The notes: a model not told the origin generated them from the letters alone. Shown: positions 21,599 through 32,356, numbered from the whole stretch's first letter. The stretch: 63,804 nt of DNA, filler included, from Candidatus Rokuibacteriota bacterium (GCA_031406795.1; 5 parts of 5 records of this genome joined end to end with filler, not necessarily neighbours in it); one strand, 5' to 3'. Made by a program: numbers and translations.

Positions 21599-22096
21599 TC
21601 AGCCGCGGCCGTCGCGGGCGCGGGCGATGGCCGCCCGCCCGGTGCGCACGACCTCCTTGATGCCGAGCGGCTGGAGTATCTCGAGGAGGGCCTCGACCTT
21701 GTTCTGGTCGCCCGTGGCCTCGAGCGTGTAGGAGCGCGGGCTGACGTCGACGACCTTGCAGCGGAAGATGTCGACGATGCCGAGCAGCTCGGCGCGGTTT
21801 TCGGGGCTGGCGTGCACCCGCACCAGCACCAGTTCGCGCTGCACGACGTCCTCGCCGGTGAAGTCCGTGACCTTGATCACGTCGATCAGCTTGTTGAGCT
21901 GCTTGGTGATCTGTTCGACGATCTGGTCGTCGCCCCGCGTGACGATCGTCATGCGCGAGGCGGTCGGATCCTGCGTTTCGGCGACCGAGAGGCTGTCGAT
22001 GTTGAAGCCGCGCCCGGAGAACAGACCCGCGACGCGGGCGAGTACGCCGAACTTGTTCTCCACCAGGACCGAAATCGTGTGTCGCACCGTTGTCAC
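21599..22096 (-). CDS. ilvN: Acetolactate synthase small subunit
   Basis: HTISVLVENKFGVLARVAGLFSGRGFNIDSL and EQITKQLNKLIDV. Confidence 0.95.
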   Translation of the reverse strand: MTTVRHTISVLVENKFGVLARVAGLFSGRGFNIDSLSVAETQDPTASRMTIVTRGDDQIVEQITKQLNKLIDVIKVTDFTGEDVVQRELVLVRVHASPENRAELLGIVDIFRCKVVDVSPRSYTLEATGDQNKVEALLEILQPLGIKEVVRTGRAAIARARDGRG

Positions 22097-22109
22097 CTCG
22101 TCGCCGCCG

Positions 22110-23816
22110 TCAGATCAGGATCATCGTTTTGAGCGAGGCGCCCGCGGGGACCATCGGGTAAACGTTCTCCTCGGGGGAGACCCGCATGTCCACCATCACG
22201 GGGCCCGGCGTGGCGAACGCCCGCTCGAGGGTCGGCACGACCTCCTCGGGCCGGGTCGCCCGCAGCCCGGTCGCGCCGTAGGCCTCGGCGAGCTTCACGA
22301 AGTCGGGAGCGCAACTCAGGCAGGTCGAGGAGTACCGCTTGTCGAAGAAGAGCTCCTGCCACTGCCGGACCATGCCGAGAAAGCCGTTGTTCAGGATGAC
22401 CACCTTGACGGGCAGCCGGTACTGAACGGCCGTCATCAGCTCCTGGATGTTCATCTGGATGCTGCCGTCCCCGGCGATGTTCACCACGAGGCGGTCGGGA
22501 AAGGCGACCTGCGCGCCGATGGCGGCCGGCAGCCCGAAGCCCATCGTGCCGAGCCCCCCGGAAGTGATGAACGAGCGGGGATGAGCGAACTTGTAGAACT
22601 GGGCGGTCCACATCTGGTTCTGCCCGACCTCGGTGCAGATGATCGCCTCGCCGTGGGTCAGCTCCCAGATCTTCTCCACCACGTACTGCGGCTTGATCGT
22701 CTTGGGATCGAGCTTGTACGAGAGCGGCTGTTCCGTCGCCCACTCGCGGACCCGGGAGAGCCAGGGCTGGTGCTTGGCCTGCCAGTCGACCTTTCCCGGG
22801 CGCAGGTGCGGGAGCAGGTCGTGGAGAACGCTCTTCACGTCGCCGACGATCGGCAGGTGCGCGCGGACGTTCTTCGAGATCGAAGTCGGATCGATGTCCG
22901 CCTGGATGATCTTCGCGCCGGTGGCGAATTCGTCGACCTTGCCGGTGACGCGGTCGTCGAAGCGCGCCCCGAGAGCGACGATCAGGTCGGCGTGCGAGAT
23001 CGCCAGGTTCGCCGCGTAGGTCCCGTGCATGCCGAGCATGCCGAGCGCCAGTTCGTGTGTGCCGGGGAAACCGCTGAGCCCCATCAGCGTGCAGGTCACC
23101 GGGACGCGGGCAATCTGCGCGAGTTCGAGCACCTCCGCCGCGGCGTTCGCGCCGACGACGCCCCCGCCGACGAGCACGACCGGACGCGCCGCCTCGGCGA
23201 GCATTTCGGCGGCGCGGCTGATCTGCTTGGGGTGGCCCTTGTAGGTCGGGTTGTAGCTGCGGAATTCCAGCTTCTCGCGCCAGTGCGGCTCGGTCTTGTT
23301 GCTGAGCACGTCCTTGGGCAGATCGACGAGGACGGGACCCGGGCGGCCTGTGGTCGCGATGTAGAAGGCCTCCTGGATGGTCTCGGCGAGATCCTTGACG
23401 TCCTTGACCAGATAGCTGTGCTTGACGCACGGGCGCGTGATGCCGACGATGTCGGCTTCCTGGAAAGCGTCGTTGCCGATCAGCTGCGTCGGCACCTGGC
23501 CGGTGAGGACCACGAGCGGGATCGAGTCCATGTAGGCCGTCGCGATGCCGGTGACGGCGTTGGTCGCACCCGGCCCGGAGGTGACCAGCGCCACGCCCGG
23601 GCGTCCCGAGGCGCGGGCGTAGCCGTCGGCGGCATGCACTCCGCCCTGCTCGTGGCGGACGAAAAAGTGCTGCAGCGGGCTGGAGAAGAGCACGTCGTAG
23701 ACGCCGAGAATCACGCCGCCCGGATAGCCGAACAGGTGGGTGACTTTCTCGCGGATCAGGCTCTCGATGAGGATCTCCGCGCCGCTCTTCTTCGCGGAGG
23801 TGCGGCTCGCGCTCAC
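22110..23816 (-). CDS. ilvB: Acetolactate synthase large subunit
   Basis: [29 protein letters not shown] and the GDGS...NN TPP motif. Confidence 0.96.
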   Translation of the reverse strand: MSASRTSAKKSGAEILIESLIREKVTHLFGYPGGVILGVYDVLFSSPLQHFFVRHEQGGVHAADGYARASGRPGVALVTSGPGATNAVTGIATAYMDSIPLVVLTGQVPTQLIGNDAFQEADIVGITRPCVKHSYLVKDVKDLAETIQEAFYIATTGRPGPVLVDLPKDVLSNKTEPHWREKLEFRSYNPTYKGHPKQISRAAEMLAEAARPVVLVGGGVVGANAAAEVLELAQIARVPVTCTLMGLSGFPGTHELALGMLGMHGTYAANLAISHADLIVALGARFDDRVTGKVDEFATGAKIIQADIDPTSISKNVRAHLPIVGDVKSVLHDLLPHLRPGKVDWQAKHQPWLSRVREWATEQPLSYKLDPKTIKPQYVVEKIWELTHGEAIICTEVGQNQMWTAQFYKFAHPRSFITSGGLGTMGFGLPAAIGAQVAFPDRLVVNIAGDGSIQMNIQELMTAVQYRLPVKVVILNNGFLGMVRQWQELFFDKRYSSTCLSCAPDFVKLAEAYGATGLRATRPEEVVPTLERAFATPGPVMVDMRVSPEENVYPMVPAGASLKTMILI

Positions 23817-24040
23817 CGCCCGGCCGCCTCGCGCAGGATCGCCGTCATCTTGTCCTTGCCGGCCAGCTTGAGTTTCTGGATGGTGCGCCGGTCCAGCTCC
23901 TGATTCGGCTGGAGATGGTGCAGGCGGTCGAATTCGGCGAGTTGCTGCTCATAGCGCTGGTGCTCGGCCCAGAGCCGGCGGAACGCCTCGTTTTCGGCCA
24001 GCAGTTTCTTCGCGACCGGACTCTCGATCTCTATCGGCAC
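23813..24040 (-). CDS. DUF465 (YdcH-like) protein
   Basis: F..L..EH..YE..L and [10 protein letters not shown] coiled-coil pattern; GGAGG RBS. Confidence 0.75.
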   Translation of the reverse strand: MPIEIESPVAKKLLAENEAFRRLWAEHQRYEQQLAEFDRLHHLQPNQELDRRTIQKLKLAGKDKMTAILREAAGR

Positions 24041-24159
24041 TCCAGCACCCTCCAACCGGTTGATTCTCTTGTCATGTTAACGGATGGGGTCCGACGTGTC
24101 AACGAAACGGGCGGCGCGCGCACGTCGGCGCGCAATCGGGCGGCACGGCGCGAAAAGCG

Positions 24160-24900
24160 TCAGGACCCGGCGCGGCAGGCCACGGCGTCGCAGGGCCGCA
24201 GATAGTGCGGCATCAGCGTCGTCAACTCGGAGTCGCGCACGTCGCTGAGCGCCTCGGCGCCGAGGAGGGCGATCACCGCGGCGCGCGGGTGAGCCAGCGG
24301 CGGGGGGACGAAGCGGACGGTGCGCCCGGCGGGGAGCAGCCCGCAAAAGACGGCCGGCACTTCGCCGACCACGAGGCAGCCGGCGGGAAGCTCCTCGGCG
24401 AAAGCCGTGAGCGGCAGCAGGGCGTCCGGCTCCAGGCGTCGAGCGCCTGCGGGACCGCGGTCGAAGTAGGCCCGGAAGACCTCGCCCCGGCGCGCGTTGA
24501 GCACGGCGCAGACCGGAGATGTTCCGGGCGGGGCGTTTGCGGCGAGCGCGGCGAGGGTCGGAATGCCGTAAAGCGGCACGCCGAGCGAGAAGGCGAGGCC
24601 CTTGGCGGTGGCGATGCCGGCGCGCAGGCCGGTGAACGACCCCGGACCCTGCGAGACGGCCACCGCCGCACAATCGCGCAGGGAGCGGCCGAGTGTCGCG
24701 AGCAGCCACTCGAGGGCCGGCAGCATCCGCTCCGAGTGGCTCTCGTGGTTGCGCAGGGTGATCTCGCCGAGCAGCTCCCCGCCGGCCGAGACGAGGGCGA
24801 CCCCGCCCATGACACTGGCGGTCTCGATGCCGAGCACGAGTCCCGTCGGCGGCTGGTCGGGTCTCTTCTTCAACGCGGCACGCCGATCACCCGACTTCAA
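24160..24900 (-). CDS. tsaB: tRNA threonylcarbamoyladenosine biosynthesis protein TsaB
   Basis: LGIETAS, HSERMLP, GPGSFTGLRAG..AKGLA, ARRGEV and P.YLR. Confidence 0.92.
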   Translation of the reverse strand: MKSGDRRAALKKRPDQPPTGLVLGIETASVMGGVALVSAGGELLGEITLRNHESHSERMLPALEWLLATLGRSLRDCAAVAVSQGPGSFTGLRAGIATAKGLAFSLGVPLYGIPTLAALAANAPPGTSPVCAVLNARRGEVFRAYFDRGPAGARRLEPDALLPLTAFAEELPAGCLVVGEVPAVFCGLLPAGRTVRFVPPPLAHPRAAVIALLGAEALSDVRDSELTTLMPHYLRPCDAVACRAGS

Positions 24901-24932
24901 TGGTGTTCTTCACGCTGCAGTACCGGTCGACC

Positions 24933-25058
24933 CGCGTGAGGGCGCGATTTTTCGTCCCGGCAAGGCAGCCCGGGAGATCGCGCGGAGGCGTACTGGTGTA
25001 CGCCGCACAAGCGAATCGACGGGCAACGCCGCCGGGGCGGAAAAGCGCCCCTCACGCG
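24933..25058. repeat. Palindromic element related to family A
   Basis: Arms CGCGTGAGGGCGC.. / ..GCGCCCCTCACGCG; internal GCAAGGC...GGCAACGCCGC motif as at 58882-59000; central GGCGTAC/GTACGCC hairpin. Confidence 0.6.
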
Positions 25059-25071
25059 AGCCGGCCAACGT

Positions 25072-25524
25072 CTATTTCGCGGGGGGTTTGACGGAGAGGA
25101 CGGGGCAGTGGGCCTTGCGCACCACCTTCTCCGCCGTGCTCCCGAAGATGATGTGCTCCATCCCCGAGCGGCCGTGGGTGCCGATGACGATCATGTCGAC
25201 GTCGTTGTCCTTGGCGTAGCGGATGATCTCCAGGAACGGCATCCCGTACAGGATCACATTCTCCCATTCGAGCCCCTGGCGCCTTTCCGCGGGAATGAGC
25301 ATCTTGAGCTGCCGGCCGGCCTCGGCCGTCATCTCCTGTTCGAGCGCTTCGGGGGCGGAGACGCGGGCGAGACTGAGGCCCTCGGAAAAGATCTTCTCGT
25401 TGACCACGTGCATGAGGATCAGCTTGGCCCGGCAGTTGTGGGCGAAACTGACGGCGTAGTCGAGTGCCTCGAGTGAAGCCTCGGAGAAATCCGTCGGGTA
25501 AAGAATCTTCTTGAGTTTGAACAT
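25072..25524 (-). CDS. Universal stress protein (UspA family)
   Basis: KILYPTDFS and DMIVIGTHGRSG...FGSTAEKVVRKA.CPVL. Confidence 0.95.
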   Translation of the reverse strand: MFKLKKILYPTDFSEASLEALDYAVSFAHNCRAKLILMHVVNEKIFSEGLSLARVSAPEALEQEMTAEAGRQLKMLIPAERRQGLEWENVILYGMPFLEIIRYAKDNDVDMIVIGTHGRSGMEHIIFGSTAEKVVRKAHCPVLSVKPPAK

Positions 25525-25600
25525 GGCCGCCTCCCTTGCGTCGAGATCAGGATGAAACGCTTACTCGCGGAAAAATTCTATCATGGTTCTCGAATCTCAC

Positions 25601-25627
25601 AAAAGGCCCCGTGCGGCTGCGGGGTCC
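25601..25627 (-). terminator. Probable intrinsic terminator downstream of infB...tatD operon
   Basis: Minus strand GGACCCCGCAGCCGCACGGGGCC followed by TTTT. Confidence 0.5.
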
Positions 25628-25785
25628 TGACGCTGCGGACCTCCATCGTGCTCACTCCGTTCCGCCGCTGGAGACCTCCCCTCCGCGCCACCCCTCCGCC
25701 CAGTGCGTGCCTCACCCCAAGGGGTTCGTGGCCAAGCCGCCTGCCAGGCGTCCGGCACGCAAGCTGGACCTGCTGCCGAGACCCT

Positions 25786-27186
25786 CTAGCCGACCTCGTT
25801 GTAGGGCCGGATTCTAAAGGCTGCGCCGAGTTCCTTTTCGGCGATGCGCCGGCAGGCCTCGACATCGACGCCGGGCAGCGCCACGACGCTCGCGGTGACG
25901 CTCGGCACGAATGCTCGCGCCTCGCGGATGAATTCCCTGACGGCCGCGTAGGCGGCCTCGCCGGCGTCCGGGCGGCAGATCCGCGTGTACCGGGCGGCGT
26001 CCGGCGCGTTGAGGCTCACCGAGAGCGCGTCGACCACCCCGGCCATCTCGGGCAGGATGTCGCGGCCCAGGAAGAGCCGGGATTGCCCGTTCGTGTTGAT
26101 GCGCACACGGGCGCCCCGGGTCTTCAACGCCTGGGCCACCTCGCGCACCACGTCCCAGCGCAGCAGCGGTTCGCCGAAGCCGCAGAAGACCACCTCGTCG
26201 TAGCCGCCGATGTCGCCCGCGGCCTCGAGCACTTCCTGCGCCGTCGGTTCGTGTTCCAGGTGCAGGTCGTGCCCCTTGACGATCGGGCTGCTCTCCCGGG
26301 TGCAGAACGTGCAGCGATTGCTGCAGCGGCCGGTCACGTTGAGGTAGAGGGAGTTGCGGATCGGGTAGGCGATCTCGGGCGCCGGGGGCGGGCACGGGAG
26401 ACCGAACAGGGCGCAGGCATTGCGGGTGCTGATGCGCCGCACGTCGCGCTCCGCGAGGCCCTTGAGCGCGGCCAGGGCGGCCGCGGTCTCGGCGACATAG
26501 GCCGGCTCGTTGCGCTGGCCGCGGTGCGCCTGGGGGGCGAGGAACGGGGCGTCGGTCTCGACCACCATTTTTTCGATCGGCAGCGCGCGCGCAACTTCGG
26601 GCAGCGTCGAGCGCGGGTAGGTCAGCGGGCCGGCGAGCGAGAGGATGAACCCGAGCGCGAGAGCCCGCTCCCCGTCCTCCCGGGTTCCCGAGAAGCAGTG
26701 CAGCACCCCGCCGATCTCGCCGGCGCGCTCGCGCTCCAGCAGCGCGAAGGTGTCCGCCGCGGCGTCGCGCGAGTGGATCACGAGCGGCTTGCCGAGGGCG
26801 CGGGCGAGCGCGATGTGGCGGACGAAGAGTTCGGCCTGCCGGTCGCGGGGCGATCGGTCCCGGTAGTAGTCGAGCCCCGTCTCGCCGATGGCGACCACGC
26901 GGGGGTCGGCGGCGAGGCGCGCGAGTTCCTCCCATTCCCCGCTCGTGACGGCGGCCGCGTCGTGCGGGTGCACCCCGGCGGTCGTCGTGACGAACCCCGG
27001 GTGGTCGGCGGCGATCGCGAGGTTCCGGTGCAGGGAGGCCAGGTCGATCGACGCGCTGACGATGTGGATGATCCCGGCGGCTCGCGCGCGATCGAGGACA
27101 GCCGGGAGATCGGACGCGAACTCCGGCATGTCGAGGTGAGCGTGCGTGTCAATCAGCGGCGGCAGGGGCGAAAAGGGGGCGCTCAC
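25786..27186 (-). CDS. TatD-family DNase fused to TatD-associated radical SAM domain
   Basis: IDTHAHL, GVHPH, IGETGLDY and ETDAPFL, followed by YLNVTGRCSNRCTFC (CxxxCxxC) and VVFCGFGEPL. Confidence 0.92.
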   Translation of the reverse strand: MSAPFSPLPPLIDTHAHLDMPEFASDLPAVLDRARAAGIIHIVSASIDLASLHRNLAIAADHPGFVTTTAGVHPHDAAAVTSGEWEELARLAADPRVVAIGETGLDYYRDRSPRDRQAELFVRHIALARALGKPLVIHSRDAAADTFALLERERAGEIGGVLHCFSGTREDGERALALGFILSLAGPLTYPRSTLPEVARALPIEKMVVETDAPFLAPQAHRGQRNEPAYVAETAAALAALKGLAERDVRRISTRNACALFGLPCPPPAPEIAYPIRNSLYLNVTGRCSNRCTFCTRESSPIVKGHDLHLEHEPTAQEVLEAAGDIGGYDEVVFCGFGEPLLRWDVVREVAQALKTRGARVRINTNGQSRLFLGRDILPEMAGVVDALSVSLNAPDAARYTRICRPDAGEAAYAAVREFIREARAFVPSVTASVVALPGVDVEACRRIAEKELGAAFRIRPYNEVG

Positions 27187-28724
27187 TCGACGATCCTCGG
27201 GAAGAGCGGCCCGGACGGACGCAGCGGCACCCCGGGAGGCAGCAAGTCGAAGGGTCCGGGGACGACCGCGGCCGGCGTCCCCGCCAGGCCGAGGTCGCGC
27301 CACATCCGCTCCGCGGTGCCCGGGAGGAAGGGCCAGAGCAACACCGCCGTTGCCCGCAGGGCTTCGAGGCAGCCGCGCAGACACCGTCCGAGCCGCGGGC
27401 CTGCGGCGGGATCCTTGGCCAGCGACCAGGGCTTCTCGTCGTCGATCAGCTTGTTCGCCTGGCCGACCAGAACCCAGATCGCCCCCAGCGCGGCGTGGGG
27501 AGCGATCCGCTCGATTGCCGCTGCGGTGTCGGCTGCCGCCCGAGCCGCAGCCGCAGCCAGCGGGCCTTCCGCCGAAGGCTCCCCGGGGACCAGCCCGGCG
27601 AAGTACTTGCCGGTCATGGCGAGGACGCGCGAGAAGAGGTTGCCCAGGTCGTTGGCCAGGTCCGCGTTGATCCGTCCGACCAGCGCCCGCTGCGAGAAAT
27701 CGCCGTCGGGGCCGAACGGAACCTCGCGCATCAGAAAGTAGCGCAGCGGGTCGACCCCGTAGCGGTCGGCGAGTTCCCCGGGGTCGACGACGTTGCCGAC
27801 CGACTTCGACATCTTGCGCCCCTCGATGGTCCACCAGCCGTGCGCGAAGATGGTATGCGGGGGCGCGATCCCGGCCGCGTGGAGCATCGTCGGCCAGTAC
27901 ACCGCGTGGGTCGTCAGGATGTCCTTGCCGACGAGGTGGAGCGCTGCGGGCCAGAAGCGCTCGAAGCGCGGGTCCGCGGTGCCGTAGCCCGGCGCGGTGA
28001 TGTAATTGGTCAGCGCGTCGAACCAGACGTAGGTCACGTACTCCGGGTCGAACGGCAGCTCGATGCCCCAGGCCAGGCGCTTCTTCGGGCGCGAGATGCA
28101 CAGGTCGCCGAGGGGCTGGCGCAGGAACCCGAGAATTTCATTGCGGCGCGACTCGGGCTGGATGAACCCGGGGTGGCTCTCGATGTGGGAAAGCAGCCAC
28201 TCGCGGTGGCGGCCCATGCGGAAATAGTAGTTTTCCTCGGCGAGGCGCACCAGCTCCCGGCCGCAGTCGGGGCAGCGTCCGGCTGCGGCGTCCTTGTCGG
28301 TCCAGAAGCGCTCGTCGGGGACGCAGTACCACCCCTCGTAGGCGGCCTTGTAGATCTCGCCGCGCGCCAGCAGGTCGGTGAGGAGCCCCTGGACCACGCG
28401 CACGTGCCGCGCCTCCGTGGTGCGGATGAAATCGTCGTTGCTGATGCCGAGTTTCTGCCAGAGCGCCGCAAAGCGCACGACCATGCGGTCGCAGTGCTCC
28501 CGGGGGGAGATGCCGAGTTTGTGGGCCGCCTGCTCGACTTTCTGGCCGTGCTCGTCGGTGCCGGTCAGGAAGAAGACCTCGGCGCCGCGCTGGCGGTGGA
28601 AACGGGCGAGCGCGTCGGCGACCACCGTGGTGTACGCGTGCCCGAGGTGCGGCACGTCGTTGACGTAATAGATCGGCGTCGTGACGTAGAACGGCGCCGG
28701 CCCCTGAACCGCGCTGCCGGTCAT
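27183..28724 (-). CDS. metG: Methionine--tRNA ligase (short form)
   Basis: YVTTPIYYVND.PHLGH, TGTDEHGQK, YVWFDAL and KMSKS; no C-terminal tRNA-binding domain. Confidence 0.96.
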   Translation of the reverse strand: MTGSAVQGPAPFYVTTPIYYVNDVPHLGHAYTTVVADALARFHRQRGAEVFFLTGTDEHGQKVEQAAHKLGISPREHCDRMVVRFAALWQKLGISNDDFIRTTEARHVRVVQGLLTDLLARGEIYKAAYEGWYCVPDERFWTDKDAAAGRCPDCGRELVRLAEENYYFRMGRHREWLLSHIESHPGFIQPESRRNEILGFLRQPLGDLCISRPKKRLAWGIELPFDPEYVTYVWFDALTNYITAPGYGTADPRFERFWPAALHLVGKDILTTHAVYWPTMLHAAGIAPPHTIFAHGWWTIEGRKMSKSVGNVVDPGELADRYGVDPLRYFLMREVPFGPDGDFSQRALVGRINADLANDLGNLFSRVLAMTGKYFAGLVPGEPSAEGPLAAAAARAAADTAAAIERIAPHAALGAIWVLVGQANKLIDDEKPWSLAKDPAAGPRLGRCLRGCLEALRATAVLLWPFLPGTAERMWRDLGLAGTPAAVVPGPFDLLPPGVPLRPSGPLFPRIVE

Positions 28725-29701
28725 GGGCGGCTCACGACCGGCCGAAGGTGCCGCCGGGCGGCGGCGACCACGGCGCGTTCGACCTCCTCGAACGTGCCGC
28801 GGGCCGTCGCGCCGGCCGCGTTCCGGTGCCCGCCGCCGTCGAACCGGGCGGCGAGTGCGGCAACGTCGACCGCGCCCTTGCTGCGGAAACTCAGCCGGAT
28901 CAGCCCCGGCTCCGTCTCCTTCAGGCAGAACGAAATCACCGCGGTGTCCAGCGAACGGGGGAAACTCGCCCACTCCTCGCTCTCGGCCGGCGATGCCAGT
29001 TTGCCGAGCACCGCGAACGGCAGGCGGATCCAGCAGATGCGCCCGTCCGGGGTGCGGCGCAGATCGGCGAGCGTCTGGCCGAGCACCCGGAGGGTATCGA
29101 ACGTGACCGAGTCGTAGACGGCTTGCGCGATGCGCGCCGGGTCGACGCCGCTGCCGACCAGCAGGCACGCGATCCGGAAGGCGCGCGGGGAGGCGTTGCC
29201 GTGGCGGAACGAGCCGGTGTCGGTGAGAATCCCGGTGTACAGCGCCTCCGCGAGTTCGCCCGCGGGGCGCACGCCGAGAGACACGGCGAGCCCGTGGACG
29301 ATCTCCGCGGTGGAGCAGGCTGCGGGGACGACCAGATTCAGATCGCCATAGCCCGGGTTCGAGGCGTGGTGGTCGATGTTCACCACCGTGACCGGTGGAC
29401 GCGGGTCGAGCAGTCCGCTCGCCCGGCGCGCGTCGCCGCAATCCAGCGCGATGACGGCGCGGTACGGTTTCCAGCTGCGGGGCGGGCGGGTGTCGAAGCG
29501 GGCGATCCCGGGCAGGAAACGGTACGCCCGCGGCACCGGATGGCTGTTCACGATGTCGGCGCGGCCGCCGCAGTGCCCGATCAGCAGCCGCAGCGCGCAC
29601 TGGGAGGCGACCGAATCGCCGTCCGGGTTGACGTGGCCCGTGACGAGGAAGCGCCCCCCCCCGCGCAGCAGGGCCAGGATGCGGGCGCGGTCCCGGCTCA
29701 C
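28721..29701 (-). CDS. nrnA: DHH/DHHA1 phosphoesterase (NrnA-like nanoRNase/pAp phosphatase)
   Basis: HVNPDGD, IDHH, TDTGSF and GGGH..AAG. Confidence 0.9.
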   Translation of the reverse strand: MSRDRARILALLRGGGRFLVTGHVNPDGDSVASQCALRLLIGHCGGRADIVNSHPVPRAYRFLPGIARFDTRPPRSWKPYRAVIALDCGDARRASGLLDPRPPVTVVNIDHHASNPGYGDLNLVVPAACSTAEIVHGLAVSLGVRPAGELAEALYTGILTDTGSFRHGNASPRAFRIACLLVGSGVDPARIAQAVYDSVTFDTLRVLGQTLADLRRTPDGRICWIRLPFAVLGKLASPAESEEWASFPRSLDTAVISFCLKETEPGLIRLSFRSKGAVDVAALAARFDGGGHRNAAGATARGTFEEVERAVVAAARRHLRPVVSRP

Positions 29702-30078
29702 GGCGTCAAGTCTCCGCCGCCGCCCTCCGCGTCGCCCTCGTGCTTGAGTTTCTCGAGCACCTCGGAGATGTGGACGCTGTAGGCGATCGAGCGGTCGTGC
29801 ACGAAGCGCAGCTCGGGGATCCGTTTCGCCTTGATGCGGTGCATCAGCACGCCGCGGATCATGCCGGCGGCGTGGCGCAGCGCCTCGATGGTGTCCTCGG
29901 CCTGGGACTCGTCGAGCAGGCTGACGTAGAACTTGGCGCTGCGCAGGTCTTCCGTCGTTTCGACCCGGGTGAAGCTCACGAAGCCGATGCGCGGGTCCTT
30001 GAGCTCGCGCTGCACGATGGTCGAAACCTCCTCGAGCAGGAGCCTGTTGAACCGTTCGCTGCGTTTGAACTGTTTCAC
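29698..30078 (-). CDS. rbfA: Ribosome-binding factor A
   Basis: ELKDPRI, DLRSAK.YVS and IPELRF..D.S; downstream of infB. Confidence 0.94.
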   Translation of the reverse strand: MKQFKRSERFNRLLLEEVSTIVQRELKDPRIGFVSFTRVETTEDLRSAKFYVSLLDESQAEDTIEALRHAAGMIRGVLMHRIKAKRIPELRFVHDRSIAYSVHISEVLEKLKHEGDAEGGGGDLTP

Positions 30079-30089
30079 GATCGTTCCTC

Positions 30090-30371
30090 CTAGAGGATCT
30101 CGCTGCGCACGCTCTCGACGCTGGCGAGGTGGAGCTCCTCGATGAATGTTGCCACGTGGGCGAGGGTGCTCTCGACCTGGTCGCGGTCCTTGCTCACGCA
30201 GGCGACCCCGAGCGTCGAGCGCTGCCAGGCGTCGAGATCGCCGACTTCGGCGATCGAGACGTTGAAGCGGTTGCGCACCCGGTCCTTGACGCTCTTGAGG
30301 ACCCTGCGCTTGCCCTTGAGATCGTGGTTCTCGGCGAGCCGCAGTTCGATCGTGCCGATGCCGACGATCAT
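30090..30371 (-). CDS. DUF503 (YlxP-like) protein
   Basis: MIVG...LKGKRRVLKS.KD..RNRFNVSIAEV...D.WQ. Confidence 0.9.
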   Translation of the reverse strand: MIVGIGTIELRLAENHDLKGKRRVLKSVKDRVRNRFNVSIAEVGDLDAWQRSTLGVACVSKDRDQVESTLAHVATFIEELHLASVESVRSEIL

Positions 30372-30394
30372 TGTCGCGGCCGCCGCCTCACGGG

Positions 30395-32356
30395 CTAGGA
30401 GAGCGTTCCCGCGACCTGGACCTGGGTGAACGCCTCGAGGATGTCGCCCTGCTTCAGGTCGTTGTAGTTCTCGACCCCGATGCCGCACTCGTAGCCGGCC
30501 GCGACCTCCCGCGCGTCGTCCTTGAAGCGGCGCAGCGAGCGCAGCTTCCCGGTATAGATCACGATGCCCTCGCGGATGACGCGCACCTCCGAACTGCGGG
30601 TGATCTTGCCGTCGAGCACGCCGCAGCCGGCAACCGTGCCGATCTTGGGCACCTGGAAGAGCTCGCGCACCTCGGCCCGGCCCTGGATCTCCTCTTTGTA
30701 GCTCGGCGCCAGCAGGCCGGTCATGGCCTTCTTGATGTCCTCGGTCACCTGGTAGATGATGCCGTAGAAGCGCATGTCCACCTGCTCGTGGGCGGCGATG
30801 GCGGCGACCTTCGGCTCGGGGCGGACGTTGAAGCCGATGACTACGGCGTTCGACGCCGCGGCGAGCAGGATGTCCCCCTCGTTGATCGTGCCGACCCCCT
30901 TGTGGATCACCCGGACCTTGACCTGGCTCCCCGAGAGCTTGACGAGGGCGTCGGAGAGCGCCTCGACCGAACCCTGCACGTCGCCCTTGAGCACGATCAG
31001 CAGCTCCTTCGCGTCGCCGTCCTTGACGCGGGAGAAGAAATCCTGGAGGTTCAGGCGCGGGCGGCTGACAACCTCGCCCCGGGTCTTCTGCTCGCGCATC
31101 GCGATGATCTGTCGGCCCTTGCGCTCGTCGGAGACGACCTGGAAGGATTCCCCCGGGGCGGGGACCCCGGAGAGGCCGAGGACCTCGACCGGGGTCGACG
31201 GCGGGGCGTCGCGCAGGGCTTCGCCGGCCTCGTTGTAGATCGCCCGGACCTTGCCGGACTGCACACCGGTCACGAAGAAGTCGCCGACGTGCAAGGTGCC
31301 GTCCTGCACGAGGACCGTCGCGACCGGGCCGCGCCCGCGGTCGAGCTTGGACTCGACGATGGTGCCGCGGCAGGGTTTGTTCGGATTGGCCTTGAGTTCG
31401 AGGACTTCGGCCTGCAGCAGGATCATCTCGAGCAGGTCTTCGAGGCCGATGCGCTTCTTCGCCGATACTTCGACGTAGATGGTCTGGCCGCCCCAGGCCT
31501 CGGGGATCAGGCCGCGTTCCGCCAGTTGCGTCAGCACCTGCTGCGGGTTGGCGCCCGGCTTGTCGATCTTGTTGACCGCGACGATGATCGGCACCCCGGC
31601 CGCCTTCGCGTGGTCGAGGGCCTCGACCGTCTGCGGCATGACGCCGTCGTCGGCGGCGACGACGAGCACCACGATGTCGGTGACCTGCGCGCCGCGCGCG
31701 CGCATCGCCGTGAAGGCCTCGTGTCCGGGGGTGTCGAGAAAGACGATCGTCCCCCGCGGGTGAACGACGTGGTAGGCGCCGATGTGCTGGGTGATCCCGC
31801 CCTTCTCCTGCTCGGTGACGCTGGTGCTGCGGATCGCGTCGAGCAGCGAGGTCTTGCCGTGGTCGACGTGACCCATGATCGTGACCACGGGGGCGCGGTG
31901 CACGAGCACGCCGGCATCGACTTCCGCCGGGAGCCCCTCCTCTTCGAGGGAGACTTTCTGGACGAGCACGCCGAATTCCTTTGCCACGTCGCTGGCGCTG
32001 TCGAAGTCCAGGAACTGGTTCACGGTGTACATGCGCTGCTTCGACATCATCCGCTTGATGATGTCGTTCACCTTCACGCCGACTTTGTCGGCAAGATCCT
32101 TCACCGAGATCCCCTCACTGATCAGGATCGGCGTCGGGGCGGCGGGGGGCGGGGCGGGCGCTTCGGCGCTCGGGGCCGGAACCGCAGGCTGCGCGGCGGC
32201 CTGCGGCTTTTCAGGCGGCGGCGGTGCCGCCGCGGCCGGGGGGGGAGCCGGGGGCGCGGTCTGAGCCTTCGGTTCCGCGGCGGCCGCGGTGCGACTGGCC
32301 GGCCCCCGCGGGGCGGCAGCCTTCGCCGGGGTCTTTGCCGGTTTCGGGGTAGCGGT
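30395..32356 (-). CDS. infB: Translation initiation factor IF-2 (5' truncated)
   Basis: [16 protein letters not shown] and NKID; Ala/Pro-rich N-terminal linker runs into the gap. Confidence 0.97.
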   Translation of the reverse strand, partial: TATPKPAKTPAKAAAPRGPASRTAAAAEPKAQTAPPAPPPAAAAPPPPEKPQAAAQPAVPAPSAEAPAPPPAAPTPILISEGISVKDLADKVGVKVNDIIKRMMSKQRMYTVNQFLDFDSASDVAKEFGVLVQKVSLEEEGLPAEVDAGVLVHRAPVVTIMGHVDHGKTSLLDAIRSTSVTEQEKGGITQHIGAYHVVHPRGTIVFLDTPGHEAFTAMRARGAQVTDIVVLVVAADDGVMPQTVEALDHAKAAGVPIIVAVNKIDKPGANPQQVLTQLAERGLIPEAWGGQTIYVEVSAKKRIGLEDLLEMILLQAEVLELKANPNKPCRGTIVESKLDRGRGPVATVLVQDGTLHVGDFFVTGVQSGKVRAIYNEAGEALRDAPPSTPVEVLGLSGVPAPGESFQVVSDERKGRQIIAMREQKTRGEVVSRPRLNLQDFFSRVKDGDAKELLIVLKGDVQGSVEALSDALVKLSGSQVKVRVIHKGVGTINEGDILLAAASNAVVIGFNVRPEPKVAAIAAHEQVDMRFYGIIYQVTEDIKKAMTGLLAPSYKEEIQGRAEVRELFQVPKIGTVAGCGVLDGKITRSSEVRVIREGIVIYTGKLRSLRRFKDDAREVAAGYECGIGVENYNDLKQGDILEAFTQVQVAGTLS

